Source: Candidatus Poribacteria bacterium
Lineage (GTDB): Bacteria; Poribacteria; WGA-4E; PCPOR2b
DNA: 64,000 nt
Assembly: GCA_965208675.1 (NCBI GenBank)
Contig: OZ242351.1
Span: 640,001 to 704,000 of the forward strand
Direction: 5' to 3'
Within the stretch, counting starts at the first letter, position 1; each line of letters starts with the position of its first letter. A model generated the notes under the pieces. The model was not told where the DNA came from. It did not search any database and saw only the letters and a program-made list of their open reading frames with translations. Positions 20,119 through 29,737 of the stretch are shown piece by piece. The translations under genes were made by a program, and so were the position numbers.

Positions 20119-20472
20119 ATGCAACTCAATTGGAATAAGTGCCAGGGCAATGTGTGGTGCAAATTAAATGCGGTAAATCTAAACCACGAACATTTCAACA
20201 ATATGAATGGTGTCTATGTAATTTGGCATGGCGGTACAGATCCTAAAGTGGTATACGTTGGTCAGGGAAACATCAGAGAACGACTAACCGCACATAGGAG
20301 CGATAAAAGAATACAGCAGTTTGACTATCTAGATCTATATGTTACTTGGGCCGCGGTACCCAAAGAGAATCGCGGCGCCATCGAATTATACTTGGTTGAT
20401 ACCTGGTCACCAAAAGTCGGCGATCGACAACCAGAAGCAACTCCCATGCAAGTAAATTCGCCATGGTCATAA
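20119..20472 (+). CDS. Small GIY-YIG nuclease-like protein
   Basis: GVYVIW...VVYVGQG, NIRERLTAH Arg helix, downstream Glu (AIELYL); GGGG RBS. Confidence 0.75.
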   Translation: MQLNWNKCQGNVWCKLNAVNLNHEHFNNMNGVYVIWHGGTDPKVVYVGQGNIRERLTAHRSDKRIQQFDYLDLYVTWAAVPKENRGAIELYLVDTWSPKVGDRQPEATPMQVNSPWS

Positions 20473-20583
20473 TTGCGATCCCTGACTGACTAAGCCCTAC
20501 CAAAACCCGGACGGCGTTCCATTATCAAATCCGCACCGGATGATCGTCCACATACGCTTGCCTAACGACAGCGTGCGCCTAGT

Positions 20584-21011
20584 TAGTTGGGTTGAACGGG
20601 CTCGCGAAACCCAACGATCAACTACCCACTCGGCGAAGTATTGTCGGGAATCGGAATTCCCTCCTACAGGAGAAAAGCGGTAGGAGCGATCGCCGTATCG
20701 CGACACACTCCTGTCAATTGATTCACAATAATCGGGAAAAGGATTTCCCTCCCACAGGGTACATGTTCTGCGGCGTTTGTAGGTTGGGTCAAGCCAACGG
20801 TGAAACCCAACGCTTTTCTGTCGCCGAGAGGTTTGAAAAGCGTTGGGTTTCGCTTCACGCATTCAAGACTTGAACTCAATCGGCAAACTATGTGCGTGCT
20901 GCATAGATTACATGTTTCATGAACACCGCTCTACCCAACCTACAAGAGCTCCCAGTCGCCCAATAGTGCAGCTTACACCAGTAGGAGCGATCGCCGATTC
21001 GTGACACACAC
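20584..21011. repeat. REP mosaic (modules C-D-A)
   Basis: Contains TCGGGAATCGGAATTCCCTCCTACA, GTAGGAGCGATCGCCG, ATCGGGAAAAGGATTTCCCTCCCACA, GTAGGTTGGG and the 117-bp module A (20828-20944). Confidence 0.85.
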
Positions 21012-21012
21012 T

Positions 21013-23979
21013 TTACAAACCCGATGGTGCGGACGGATGGCGATAATCCTGATACAGCATATCCTTTAGGTCGGCATTGACCTCCTGCTTCGTCAGCTTG
21101 TTGTAAAGGTCAATTTTGGTACTGACAAATTCCAATAATATATCGTCAAACACTTGATTAAACTTGTATCGTCTGTTACTATCGGTGTTGTCACCCTCAA
21201 ACACCTGTCGGAGTGACTCGTCGGCGCGCACCTTTTGGCGGATAGTCTCAATGTCAACCTTGTCTTCCTCGGTAAAGTCCGTCTGATACGCGTCATTCAA
21301 TGTTTGGATGATGTTCGAGAGTAGGTCGTGTTCCGGGTCATTGGGCGTGGACTCATCGCCGCCGATACCGTTCACCTCGCTATCTCCTGGATCGAGATAC
21401 AGCGCTTGGCTATCATGAATCTTCTGCACGCGGAACGAATCCAAGTCCACGGATGCCAAGACATCGGACACATCTTCGTATTCTCGTTTCGGCAGTTTCT
21501 TGTTTAGACTGCGGCAGAAAACGTAGAGTTTCTCCAACGCCGGGTCGGTGAACGTAATTAACTGAGATATGTATCCGTAACCCCGAATGTAGCTCTGCAG
21601 CGCGGATCGAAAATCCTCACGCGCTTCGCTCTCCAACTCCGACCATCTCTTAACGACGCTGTCCAGAATGGGTTGCAGCCGTTCATTGGGCTGATTTTCG
21701 TCATAGAAAATAAGGCAAAATCCGTCAACCGTATCCAGGTCGAATAGATCGAAATCCTCCAGCCGCCGCTGCAGGTCATAAAGCCGATTCGGGTCGGTCT
21801 CCTCCTCAAGGATTGTCGCCTCATAGTATTGCTGAAACGCGCCCTGAATCTGGTCGGGTTCGTTCACGAAATCGAGCACCAGCGTCTCGGTCTTGCCGGG
21901 CGCGACGCGGTTCAGGCGGCTGAGGCTCTGGACGCATTGCAGCCCGTCCAACCGCTTATCGACGTACATGGTTTGCAGCATCGGCTCATCGAAACCGGTC
22001 AGGAACTTGTTGGATACGATGAGAATCCGATACTCCGGACGCTTGAATGTGTCCGCAATCGAAACGCTCGGCGCCAGGTTGTTCATGCCGTTCTCGGTGT
22101 AATCCCGCCCGATATCCGTGTCGTGTACCGTACCGCTGAACGCGACCAGACAGCCGTAATGCAGGTTCATATCCCGCATCTGGCGGTCAAATTCGGTCTT
22201 GTACCGCACGCAGTGCATGCGGGACGGCGTGATTAGCATCGCCCGCCCCTTCCCTGCAATAGTATTTGCGGTGCGCTCGACGAAGTGCTCTAGGATAATC
22301 CGCGCCTTGGTCTCAATGCTGTGCGGCTGCAGGTCAACGTAAGTCGTTAACATCCTGAGCGTTCGACCCTTCTCATAGGCTTTATCCTCTGGCACGCTCT
22401 TGACCAGTTGAAAGTACCGTTTAAAGGTGGTATAGTTCTGCAGCACGTCGAGCGTGAACCCTTCGCTGATGCTCTGGCGCATCGAATACACGTGGAACGG
22501 GACGAATTTTCCGGCGTCGTTTTTCCGCCCAAACAGCTCCAGGGTCTTGTTCTTGGGAGTGCCGCTGAACCCGAAATACGATATATGGTCCTGCGCCCGG
22601 CGCCGCTCCATCTCCTCGATAATTCGCGCATCCATGTCTGAAACGTCAGGTTGGTCTTCGTCCGATGCCGTGCTCTCGATCCCTTTTGATAGCGAGACTT
22701 TGAGGTTCTTTGCGGCTTCGCCGCTCTGCGAGGAGTGGACTTCGTCAACGATTACGGCGAAGGTCTTGCTCTTGAGTTCCCCGATTGCCTCTGCGATTAC
22801 GCTGAACTTCTGAATCGTCGAGATGATGATGTCTTTACCAGATTCAAGGAACGCCTTGAGCTGTGCCGAGGTTTTGTCAACAGAGTGCACGACGCCGGCG
22901 ACTTGCTCCATCTGCTTAATTGTCGCCTGAAGTTGCCGGTCGAGCACGCGCCGATCGGTCACGACGATGATGGAGTCGAAGATGCGATCGGTGTCCTCGG
23001 GCGAGCGGTACAGATGCGTGAGGAGGTGCGCCAGCCATGCAATCGAGTTCGACTTGCCGCTGCCGGTGGCGTGTTGGATGAGGTAGTTGCGCCCGACGCC
23101 GTCCGCAATGACCGCCTCCTTCAATTTCCGAATTACGTCGAGTTGGTGGTATCGCGGGAAAACCAACACTGAGCGTGGCTTATCTTTGACTTCGCCAAGG
23201 TCAGGGTCGTAGACCTTGTCTGTGACCTTTTGCTCATGAATAAAGTCGCCGATGAGTTCCATCAGGTTATCGGGCTGCAAGATGTCATCCCACAGGTAGG
23301 CGGTCTTGTGCCCGTCCGGGTTCACCGGGTTTTCGATGCCGCGGTTGTACGGAAAGAAGCGCGTGCCGCTGCCCTGTAGGCGCGTCGTCATGGAAACCTT
23401 CTCGTTACCCACCGCGAAGTGAACTAGACAGCGCCGGAATTTGAACAGCGGTTCTCTCGGATCCCGATCGGTGCGGTATTGTTTCTCGGCGTCCGCCACC
23501 ACCTGACCGGTCAGGCTGTTCTTCAGTTCCATGGTCACCAGCGGCAGACCGTTGAGGAACAGCACCATATCCAGCGAACTCTCATTTTTTTGCGAATACT
23601 TCAACTGCCGGATCAGAGAAAACCGGTTCTGCGCGTAGCGCTTCAGAAGGTCGGGGTTCATGCCGCTTGCCGGGCGGAAATAGGTCAGGTCGAAGTAGCA
23701 GCCCCTGTCTTTAACGCCGTTTCGCAGCACATCCAGGACGCCGCGGCGCTCAATCTGTCGACTTATTTCGTCGAGTAGCTTCTCGGGTGTCTCCTTCTGG
23801 TATTGGCGTTCAAGTTTCTCATACGTATTCAGTTGCGTGTCCCGAATAAAATCCAGCATCTCATCGTGAATCAAGCAGAGCCGCTTATTGTAAAAGATGG
23901 GCTGCCGCGAGCGGTAACCTGAGCGATTCAGGTGCGCTTCGATGTGGTCTTCAAAATTTGTCTCGTCATACGTCGGCAC
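21013..23979 (-). CDS. hsdR: Type I restriction endonuclease subunit R
   Basis: DMVLFLNGLPLVTMELKN nuclease motif, QHATGSGKS, DEVHSSQ, SGTPK, TGFDEP, VQSLSRLNR. Confidence 0.95.
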   Translation of the reverse strand: MPTYDETNFEDHIEAHLNRSGYRSRQPIFYNKRLCLIHDEMLDFIRDTQLNTYEKLERQYQKETPEKLLDEISRQIERRGVLDVLRNGVKDRGCYFDLTYFRPASGMNPDLLKRYAQNRFSLIRQLKYSQKNESSLDMVLFLNGLPLVTMELKNSLTGQVVADAEKQYRTDRDPREPLFKFRRCLVHFAVGNEKVSMTTRLQGSGTRFFPYNRGIENPVNPDGHKTAYLWDDILQPDNLMELIGDFIHEQKVTDKVYDPDLGEVKDKPRSVLVFPRYHQLDVIRKLKEAVIADGVGRNYLIQHATGSGKSNSIAWLAHLLTHLYRSPEDTDRIFDSIIVVTDRRVLDRQLQATIKQMEQVAGVVHSVDKTSAQLKAFLESGKDIIISTIQKFSVIAEAIGELKSKTFAVIVDEVHSSQSGEAAKNLKVSLSKGIESTASDEDQPDVSDMDARIIEEMERRRAQDHISYFGFSGTPKNKTLELFGRKNDAGKFVPFHVYSMRQSISEGFTLDVLQNYTTFKRYFQLVKSVPEDKAYEKGRTLRMLTTYVDLQPHSIETKARIILEHFVERTANTIAGKGRAMLITPSRMHCVRYKTEFDRQMRDMNLHYGCLVAFSGTVHDTDIGRDYTENGMNNLAPSVSIADTFKRPEYRILIVSNKFLTGFDEPMLQTMYVDKRLDGLQCVQSLSRLNRVAPGKTETLVLDFVNEPDQIQGAFQQYYEATILEEETDPNRLYDLQRRLEDFDLFDLDTVDGFCLIFYDENQPNERLQPILDSVVKRWSELESEAREDFRSALQSYIRGYGYISQLITFTDPALEKLYVFCRSLNKKLPKREYEDVSDVLASVDLDSFRVQKIHDSQALYLDPGDSEVNGIGGDESTPNDPEHDLLSNIIQTLNDAYQTDFTEEDKVDIETIRQKVRADESLRQVFEGDNTDSNRRYKFNQVFDDILLEFVSTKIDLYNKLTKQEVNADLKDMLYQDYRHPSAPSGL

Positions 23980-23982
23980 GGT

Positions 23983-25299
23983 CTACACCTCGATTCGGAC
24001 ATCTATCTTGCCCGTCACGGCATTTGAGATGAGCGATTGGCGGTACTCTTTGAGGAGTTCAATGCTCCGTTGCTCTTCGGATATGAGTTTGTCAATCTGT
24101 GCGGTTTTGCGGTCGAGGTAGTCGGCGATTTTGGCCTGTTCACTTAGTGGTGGCAGGAGGATAGGTAAATTCTCTATGGCGGATTTTCCTAAACTAAATC
24201 TTGTAATACCCGTCGAATTGGATCCAAAATATCGACAAGTCTGATTCGATTGAATGAAACGAAACAAGAACTCTCCGTCAACGTCATTTTCTGGTCTTAT
24301 CACGCTCAAATGATACCCACATACAACATTTGTAAATTCTTCCTGAATAAAGGCTGGAACCCCAATATCATCAGGACTTTCAGAATCCTTCGTGATAACT
24401 ACATCTCCCTTTCTTAGCACTGACCGATTGTACTCATCTTGGCTACAACTCCCTTTCATAAAATTGATGCTCGAGTGGATTTTTTCAGCGTAGTATACAT
24501 CGGTGTAATTGCAAAGATCCACTTGGATTTCATCAGGGTTGACATGTTTATCGACGTAGCTTGCTACGATTTTAGAGGTATGCTTTAGCCTTTTTGCTCT
24601 CCAATGTTTCGGTGTCTCCCCAATCCACTCCACGCCCGACGGTTTCATTTCCACATTTGGGTCAAGCCCCTTCGTCACCGCCTGATTTATCAGTGTAGTT
24701 CGCTGTTCCTGCAGCAACGCTATCTTCCGCTCTTTGACGCGGATTAGCTCGTCAATCTGCCCAGTCTTGCGGTCGAGGAAGGCGGCGATTTGGATTTGTT
24801 CAGGAAGCGGTGGCGTCGGTAGTTTCAGGGCTTTGAATTGGATGAAATTTAGGGCTTCACGAATTTCCATCAATCCTGACGATATTTGAATTAGACTTTT
24901 TTGGAAGGGTCTAATTTTGAATACGTAATCAAAATAACTCATATCAATATCAGTTCTTTTTGGGGCAAGAACAATATAAATGCCGGACAAAGCCCCAAAT
25001 TGGTCTGACCTTCCTACTGACCCAATGGTGACATTCATATTGTTTACAACAATGTCGCCGGCATGAACAAGTTGATAGTTTTCAATGTTATCGGAAACCT
25101 TGTTACCGATATTTCCTTTATCTTCATAGCGAATGACCCCGCGGTCTTTTAGGACAGACAAGATGTTGTCACTAACGATGTTAGTGTTTTTTTCTCTTCT
25201 CCGAAAAAAAAGAGAGTCAATGCGGCTTAATCCCCAATCGCCAGGTATCATTCCAATCCACTCTATTCTACTCTCTTTGTGTGCCATGTAACACTTCAT
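23983..25299 (-). CDS. hsdS: Type I R-M specificity subunit
   Basis: Two TRDs with conserved EWIG(M/E)xP, PPLxEQxxIAxxLDRKT repeats and AVTKGLDP / AVTGKIDVR. Confidence 0.95.
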   Translation of the reverse strand: MKCYMAHKESRIEWIGMIPGDWGLSRIDSLFFRRREKNTNIVSDNILSVLKDRGVIRYEDKGNIGNKVSDNIENYQLVHAGDIVVNNMNVTIGSVGRSDQFGALSGIYIVLAPKRTDIDMSYFDYVFKIRPFQKSLIQISSGLMEIREALNFIQFKALKLPTPPLPEQIQIAAFLDRKTGQIDELIRVKERKIALLQEQRTTLINQAVTKGLDPNVEMKPSGVEWIGETPKHWRAKRLKHTSKIVASYVDKHVNPDEIQVDLCNYTDVYYAEKIHSSINFMKGSCSQDEYNRSVLRKGDVVITKDSESPDDIGVPAFIQEEFTNVVCGYHLSVIRPENDVDGEFLFRFIQSNQTCRYFGSNSTGITRFSLGKSAIENLPILLPPLSEQAKIADYLDRKTAQIDKLISEEQRSIELLKEYRQSLISNAVTGKIDVRIEV

Positions 25300-25340
25300 T
25301 ACTTCATTACCTCAATCTTCCGCCAATGTGTTAATGAGCC

Positions 25341-28300
25341 CTAGTAAGGCATTCTTTCATGGCGCAATTCTTCATCTTCATTTTGCTTGTTCAACCGGTC
25401 GATCAGTTCATCAATCCAGCGCTTTACGTTTTCGTTATCTTCGCCGTCTCTAATCCTACGTAGACTTTTTAGTTTCTCTTCATAGTACGAGTTCTCAGAC
25501 CCATACCAACCCTCTGTGCAATAAACGTAATTCGTGCACAGATTTCTGCAAACCTCCGCCCGTTCGCCGTAACGCACGAGGAACGCACGCGTTAGAGATG
25601 TCGGCCATTCTCCGGCAGAAAAGGTTTTGGGGATAAAGCTGCCAGCCAAAAACGCCGCACGGTCTTGTAGGTCTTCATCAACCCATTCCCAAATTTTTTT
25701 ACGTGGGAACTGTGCAAGTGCACCTTGACTGTCTTCTCCTGATAAAAATCTGCCCTCTCTAAGCCACTGTTCTAAAGGGCCTATTCTTGAATAATCCGTT
25801 CGGTCCTCTAAAATTTTACTGACCTGTTCCCAGACCTCCGAAGGATACTGCGAGGTAATTTTATCTAGCACTTTAAGTGCTTCTTCGTAGAGTCTTTCAA
25901 AAACGGTTCCCTGTTTGCCCAATTGACGCAGCATTGGTTCCAAAAGTTCCAAGCTCTTCTCGGAATTGAGGTGTAGAATCACCTTCCCAATTTCTGCCCA
26001 ATTATACTGCGACGTCGCATCAAACCCGTGTTTATCTGATTCTTCAAACAGGGGAGGATGGCAGAGCAATTGGAATGTCAAATCTAGCGGTAATGTAGAT
26101 TTTCGCTTGGGAAAGATGTAGTAGCGATAGTATAGCTGTAATGCAATTGACGTGGCGGCTTTATTGGAAACATTTAACAAATACTCAATCCATTTCCTGA
26201 AGATATCATCGGTGAGGTTGTTAATAACTGTCGCATGGGTGAAGGGTTTAAAGTCATTTATACCGATGACGTCACGCTGTGCGAGGTCAAGAAGATGCAG
26301 ACCCGCGTGATTCGTCATCCCGGAAAAACAAGTAAGCCGCGGGATTAGTGGACTTAGCGCAGCGTCATGACTAAGTATCTTAAGTTGCCTTTCCCACAAG
26401 TTAGAATCTGATTCAAAAATGGCGCGGAAATAGCCACCTAGAAAACCCACATCCGCACTCTCTTGGGTGTTTCGTTGGGCATCTAGTAACGTTGGAAGTA
26501 AACGAAAACCATCATCCATTTTGCCAAGTTCAAACCCATACCTGTAACCATTCTGCGCTTCCACGGTGACGAGCCAGTATAGTTCAGATTGCAAAAGTGA
26601 AGGCGAATCAACGGCGCGCTGGGCGAGTTCTGCAATGCGAGGTTGTGAATAATCCACGTAATTCTGATTTTCTTCGAGCTTAAGGTCTTCTAGCAGGTCC
26701 ATGCCAACATACCGACGCATCATAGAATGAAAATCTGGAGTAACCAACTCATCCATGAGTTGCTCCCAACGTCCTAGAGTTTCCGCAGGCAATCTTTCAC
26801 CGTGATTGTGCAAGATTGCGTTAACTGTCTTGATGACTTGTTTTTTATTCACGTCCGAGCGTTTTGCTATCAATGCAACCGTTTCCACGATCATCTCAGC
26901 GAGATTTGGAATCCGTGAGAGCCCCGGTGCATGACCGAGCAAGATGTCTACCCCATCTTTACGCTCATCTTCAGACAGATGTTCTAATTGATTAACTAGG
27001 AGTTTCCACACTCGCTTATAGGCGTCCCAAAATTCGCCTTCTGTCTTGGGTAGCCACAGCTTGGGTTTCTCGCTTAACCCCTGATACTCTGGACTTCCGG
27101 TTCTCGAAAAGAAAAAAAATACTAACGCTACATTACATGCCTTCATCGCAAGAGCGCGGTGTTCTTTTAATCCGGATTCAAACGCCTCTTTTAAGACAGG
27201 AAACCGCTCTTCTGGGGGCGCTGCCGTTGGGGCCACGGTACCTTGACCAAGCGAGAATAGATCGGCAAACTTGGTGTCGCCAAGCGTGAGGAGCAACCGC
27301 GCGGCATCCACGAACAGATGGCGCCACACTACAATTTTTTCGAGTGCGGACAGCACGTAAGTTCGTCCCACGAATTTCGAAAAGGCATCTCCACCCCAAG
27401 TCTTAACAGAATTCTGCAGGCATTCTAAGGCGGCGTCTGGATCCGCCTCCGTCAGTGCTAAAAAAAAGTCGCCATCATGATTTGTCTGCAAATCGCCACG
27501 CTTTTGGAAGGGACCGTTTGTACCAAGAAGGTCCTTGACGACTGTGGATGCCACCCCTGACGTGGCAGCATACCGAAACATCTCATAGAACCATTCAACT
27601 AGTTTTGGCGTCAAACCTTGTTTAAATTCCTCAAGGTCAAATCCCCTCCCATAAATGTCCCACCACTCTGTCCATAGTTTGATGTGCAGGGCTTTTGGCG
27701 TGATGGAGAGCGTGAACTTGCCTTGAAGAATTTTGCGTTTCTTAAGGTTATCAACGACTTCCTGAAATATCGTCCAAGTAATTTGCGGATCTGCCTCGTT
27801 AATTTTTCTGGCAACGACTTCAGCTTCTTCGCCAACGGGTGCCTCAAAACCGAATTGCTTAAATAATGCCATGAATCGAAGTACACGTCGGCGTTGTTCT
27901 GTTCTTTCCTGACTTGGATCGTCTACTGAGACGATATAACGTTCCCAGATGTTGATCGTGCTCAGTGGGTTCAAAACATCTTGGGGATAATTTGCCAAAT
28001 TCCATCCTACAACATGTGCAACTCGTGGAGAACCGCTGCATAGCTCAACCCAACGCATATCTGAGGTGTCCGAGGATTGGGTATAGTCGGCAATGATGCT
28101 GCAAATCTGTTCGTCGCTGAGTCGTGGGGGAACATAGGGTGAAATATCTCCGGCAATCTCTTCGTGGTTATTATAAATCACAATTAACTTAATCTTTGCA
28201 CCGCGGTACTTCAGTTTGTTTAAAATCTCGGATCGGCTATGGAGGTTACAATCATCAATCACGACAATCGCGGAAAAGTCGCTTTCGCTGTTGCATAGCT

Positions 28301-29138
28301 CGTCCATCAAAAACTTATCTTGAAGAAATTGGTCCGCCGGGGAGTAAATCACTAGCGGTGCTAAATCTTCAGTCCTTGTAGTTTCCAATACCAGCCTTGT
28401 CTTGCCAATGCCTGGGTGCCCGGACACTAACACAGGATTTGTGTAATCGTCGCGTCGCAAATCGCTCCGAAGATTTTCAATAAATTTATCCTGTGATTCT
28501 CCAAAAATAAAGGGACCTTGCATGTTCGCATCTCGCGACCAACTGTCATGTGTCTGAAATTTTGCGCTATCACGTCCATTTACCCACAACGAAAATGATG
28601 GGAAAGATTTGAGGAAACGGATAAGAATATTCTGAGACCATATGTCAACCTTCGCATTAGGATATCCACACGCTTTGAGGTAGTCCGAGATGAGTTTGAA
28701 GGCTTTTTTCCGATAGGGAGGGACAAGACGGTCGATTCCGGTGCAAACTAAAACGTAAGTACCGCATTCATCAAGGCAGTCCCTGATGCTCTCTCTTAAA
28801 TGTTCTTGCTTCGGGACTTTAGGGCTTCCCTGCTTGAGGAGTTCTTTCCGGATATCCCCGTCTCGCCATGGCTTAAATACTGTTCCTGATCGGATTTGGT
28901 AACCGTTTTTGCCTCGGGAAATTATATCGCTTTCTTGTGCACACGAACTAGCGTCAGCAGTGGCATCAATCCCACCATCAGGGATTTTGGTTTCACTCGG
29001 CACATTAATCTTGCAGGTTCCTGGTCCCAGCCTGCGTGCTTCCGCCCAAAGCAATCTCTTAAAAAATTCAACGGCCGTGTCCTCAGTTAGCAAGTCAAGA
29101 TGCTCTTTTTTTACAGTGAAAATATTCTCAAAGTCCAT
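25341..29138 (-). CDS. STAND-type NTPase with N-terminal restriction-endonuclease-like domain (Avs-like defence protein)
   Basis: PDGGIDA...YQIRS N-terminal motif, Walker A GHPGIGKT, Walker B VVIDDC, GSPRVA (GxP), long helical C-terminus. Confidence 0.75.
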   Translation of the reverse strand: MDFENIFTVKKEHLDLLTEDTAVEFFKRLLWAEARRLGPGTCKINVPSETKIPDGGIDATADASSCAQESDIISRGKNGYQIRSGTVFKPWRDGDIRKELLKQGSPKVPKQEHLRESIRDCLDECGTYVLVCTGIDRLVPPYRKKAFKLISDYLKACGYPNAKVDIWSQNILIRFLKSFPSFSLWVNGRDSAKFQTHDSWSRDANMQGPFIFGESQDKFIENLRSDLRRDDYTNPVLVSGHPGIGKTRLVLETTRTEDLAPLVIYSPADQFLQDKFLMDELCNSESDFSAIVVIDDCNLHSRSEILNKLKYRGAKIKLIVIYNNHEEIAGDISPYVPPRLSDEQICSIIADYTQSSDTSDMRWVELCSGSPRVAHVVGWNLANYPQDVLNPLSTINIWERYIVSVDDPSQERTEQRRRVLRFMALFKQFGFEAPVGEEAEVVARKINEADPQITWTIFQEVVDNLKKRKILQGKFTLSITPKALHIKLWTEWWDIYGRGFDLEEFKQGLTPKLVEWFYEMFRYAATSGVASTVVKDLLGTNGPFQKRGDLQTNHDGDFFLALTEADPDAALECLQNSVKTWGGDAFSKFVGRTYVLSALEKIVVWRHLFVDAARLLLTLGDTKFADLFSLGQGTVAPTAAPPEERFPVLKEAFESGLKEHRALAMKACNVALVFFFFSRTGSPEYQGLSEKPKLWLPKTEGEFWDAYKRVWKLLVNQLEHLSEDERKDGVDILLGHAPGLSRIPNLAEMIVETVALIAKRSDVNKKQVIKTVNAILHNHGERLPAETLGRWEQLMDELVTPDFHSMMRRYVGMDLLEDLKLEENQNYVDYSQPRIAELAQRAVDSPSLLQSELYWLVTVEAQNGYRYGFELGKMDDGFRLLPTLLDAQRNTQESADVGFLGGYFRAIFESDSNLWERQLKILSHDAALSPLIPRLTCFSGMTNHAGLHLLDLAQRDVIGINDFKPFTHATVINNLTDDIFRKWIEYLLNVSNKAATSIALQLYYRYYIFPKRKSTLPLDLTFQLLCHPPLFEESDKHGFDATSQYNWAEIGKVILHLNSEKSLELLEPMLRQLGKQGTVFERLYEEALKVLDKITSQYPSEVWEQVSKILEDRTDYSRIGPLEQWLREGRFLSGEDSQGALAQFPRKKIWEWVDEDLQDRAAFLAGSFIPKTFSAGEWPTSLTRAFLVRYGERAEVCRNLCTNYVYCTEGWYGSENSYYEEKLKSLRRIRDGEDNENVKRWIDELIDRLNKQNEDEELRHERMPY

Positions 29139-29236
29139 CGCTTCTCTCGCATTGATTAACGGTCATCACCTAATGTTCTGTCAATCCATTCTCTTTATAA
29201 TCAAAATTACACCGCACTCGCTTAGCCTCTGTTCAA

Positions 29237-29737
29237 TCACCCATCGTAAAACCGTTGAATGTCATCTTCACAAATAAACTCAACCGTAACCCCGTGACGA
29301 CTGAGCACGTCGCGGAAATCCCGCCAATGGCTATCGGTCGCTTGCAAAATCGGCGGCTTGTTTGGATGGGCGAGTGCAACTGCGACAAATTTCCGATCTT
29401 TTGAATGAAAACCATTCAGCGCTTTATCGAGCGGAAACTCTTCAAATTCATTTTCTAAACCGTTCACAGTCGTGATCGAAACTAAGTCGCATCGTTTATC
29501 CTTGTTCATCAAGACCCAGCGAAGAAACCTATCGCCTGTACCCGGCTTACCACTAGAGCGGAGATTATCCATATATTCGGCGAGAATTATCCATCTATCA
29601 TCAAGAACCAATGTCTCCTCGCCGCGCATAATTTTTTCAAGCTTACCGATACAGGTGTTGACGCAATTCGGAGTAGCTTGAGGTGACTCCTCTCGACCAT
29701 TGGCGACCTTCGCAACGTTTGTATCCACAACAACCAT
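29237..29737 (-). CDS. PIN-domain protein (putative RNase toxin)
   Basis: VVVDTNV, ILAEY, KDRKFVAVA, ATDS acidic PIN pattern. Confidence 0.75.
   Translation of the reverse strand: MVVVDTNVAKVANGREESPQATPNCVNTCIGKLEKIMRGEETLVLDDRWIILAEYMDNLRSSGKPGTGDRFLRWVLMNKDKRCDLVSITTVNGLENEFEEFPLDKALNGFHSKDRKFVAVALAHPNKPPILQATDSHWRDFRDVLSRHGVTVEFICEDDIQRFYDG

Noticed and set aside
20497-20879. ORFs over the repeat cluster (e.g. MREAKPNAFQTS...), recurring at 31679-31927 and 44227-44457
   Set aside because: They are translations of REP modules; the shared peptides reflect DNA repeats, and no RBS or domain is evident
25293-25341. Possible remnant of an hsdM 3' end (GLINTLAED*) and an 8-bp ACTTCATT tandem duplication at the hsdS start
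   Set aside because: Similarity to the real hsdM end is too short to distinguish from chance, and the duplication does not disrupt the frame
27107-27119. A-rich run in the STAND gene (FFFF) as a phase-variation tract
   Set aside because: The run is interrupted and short, and the ORF is intact
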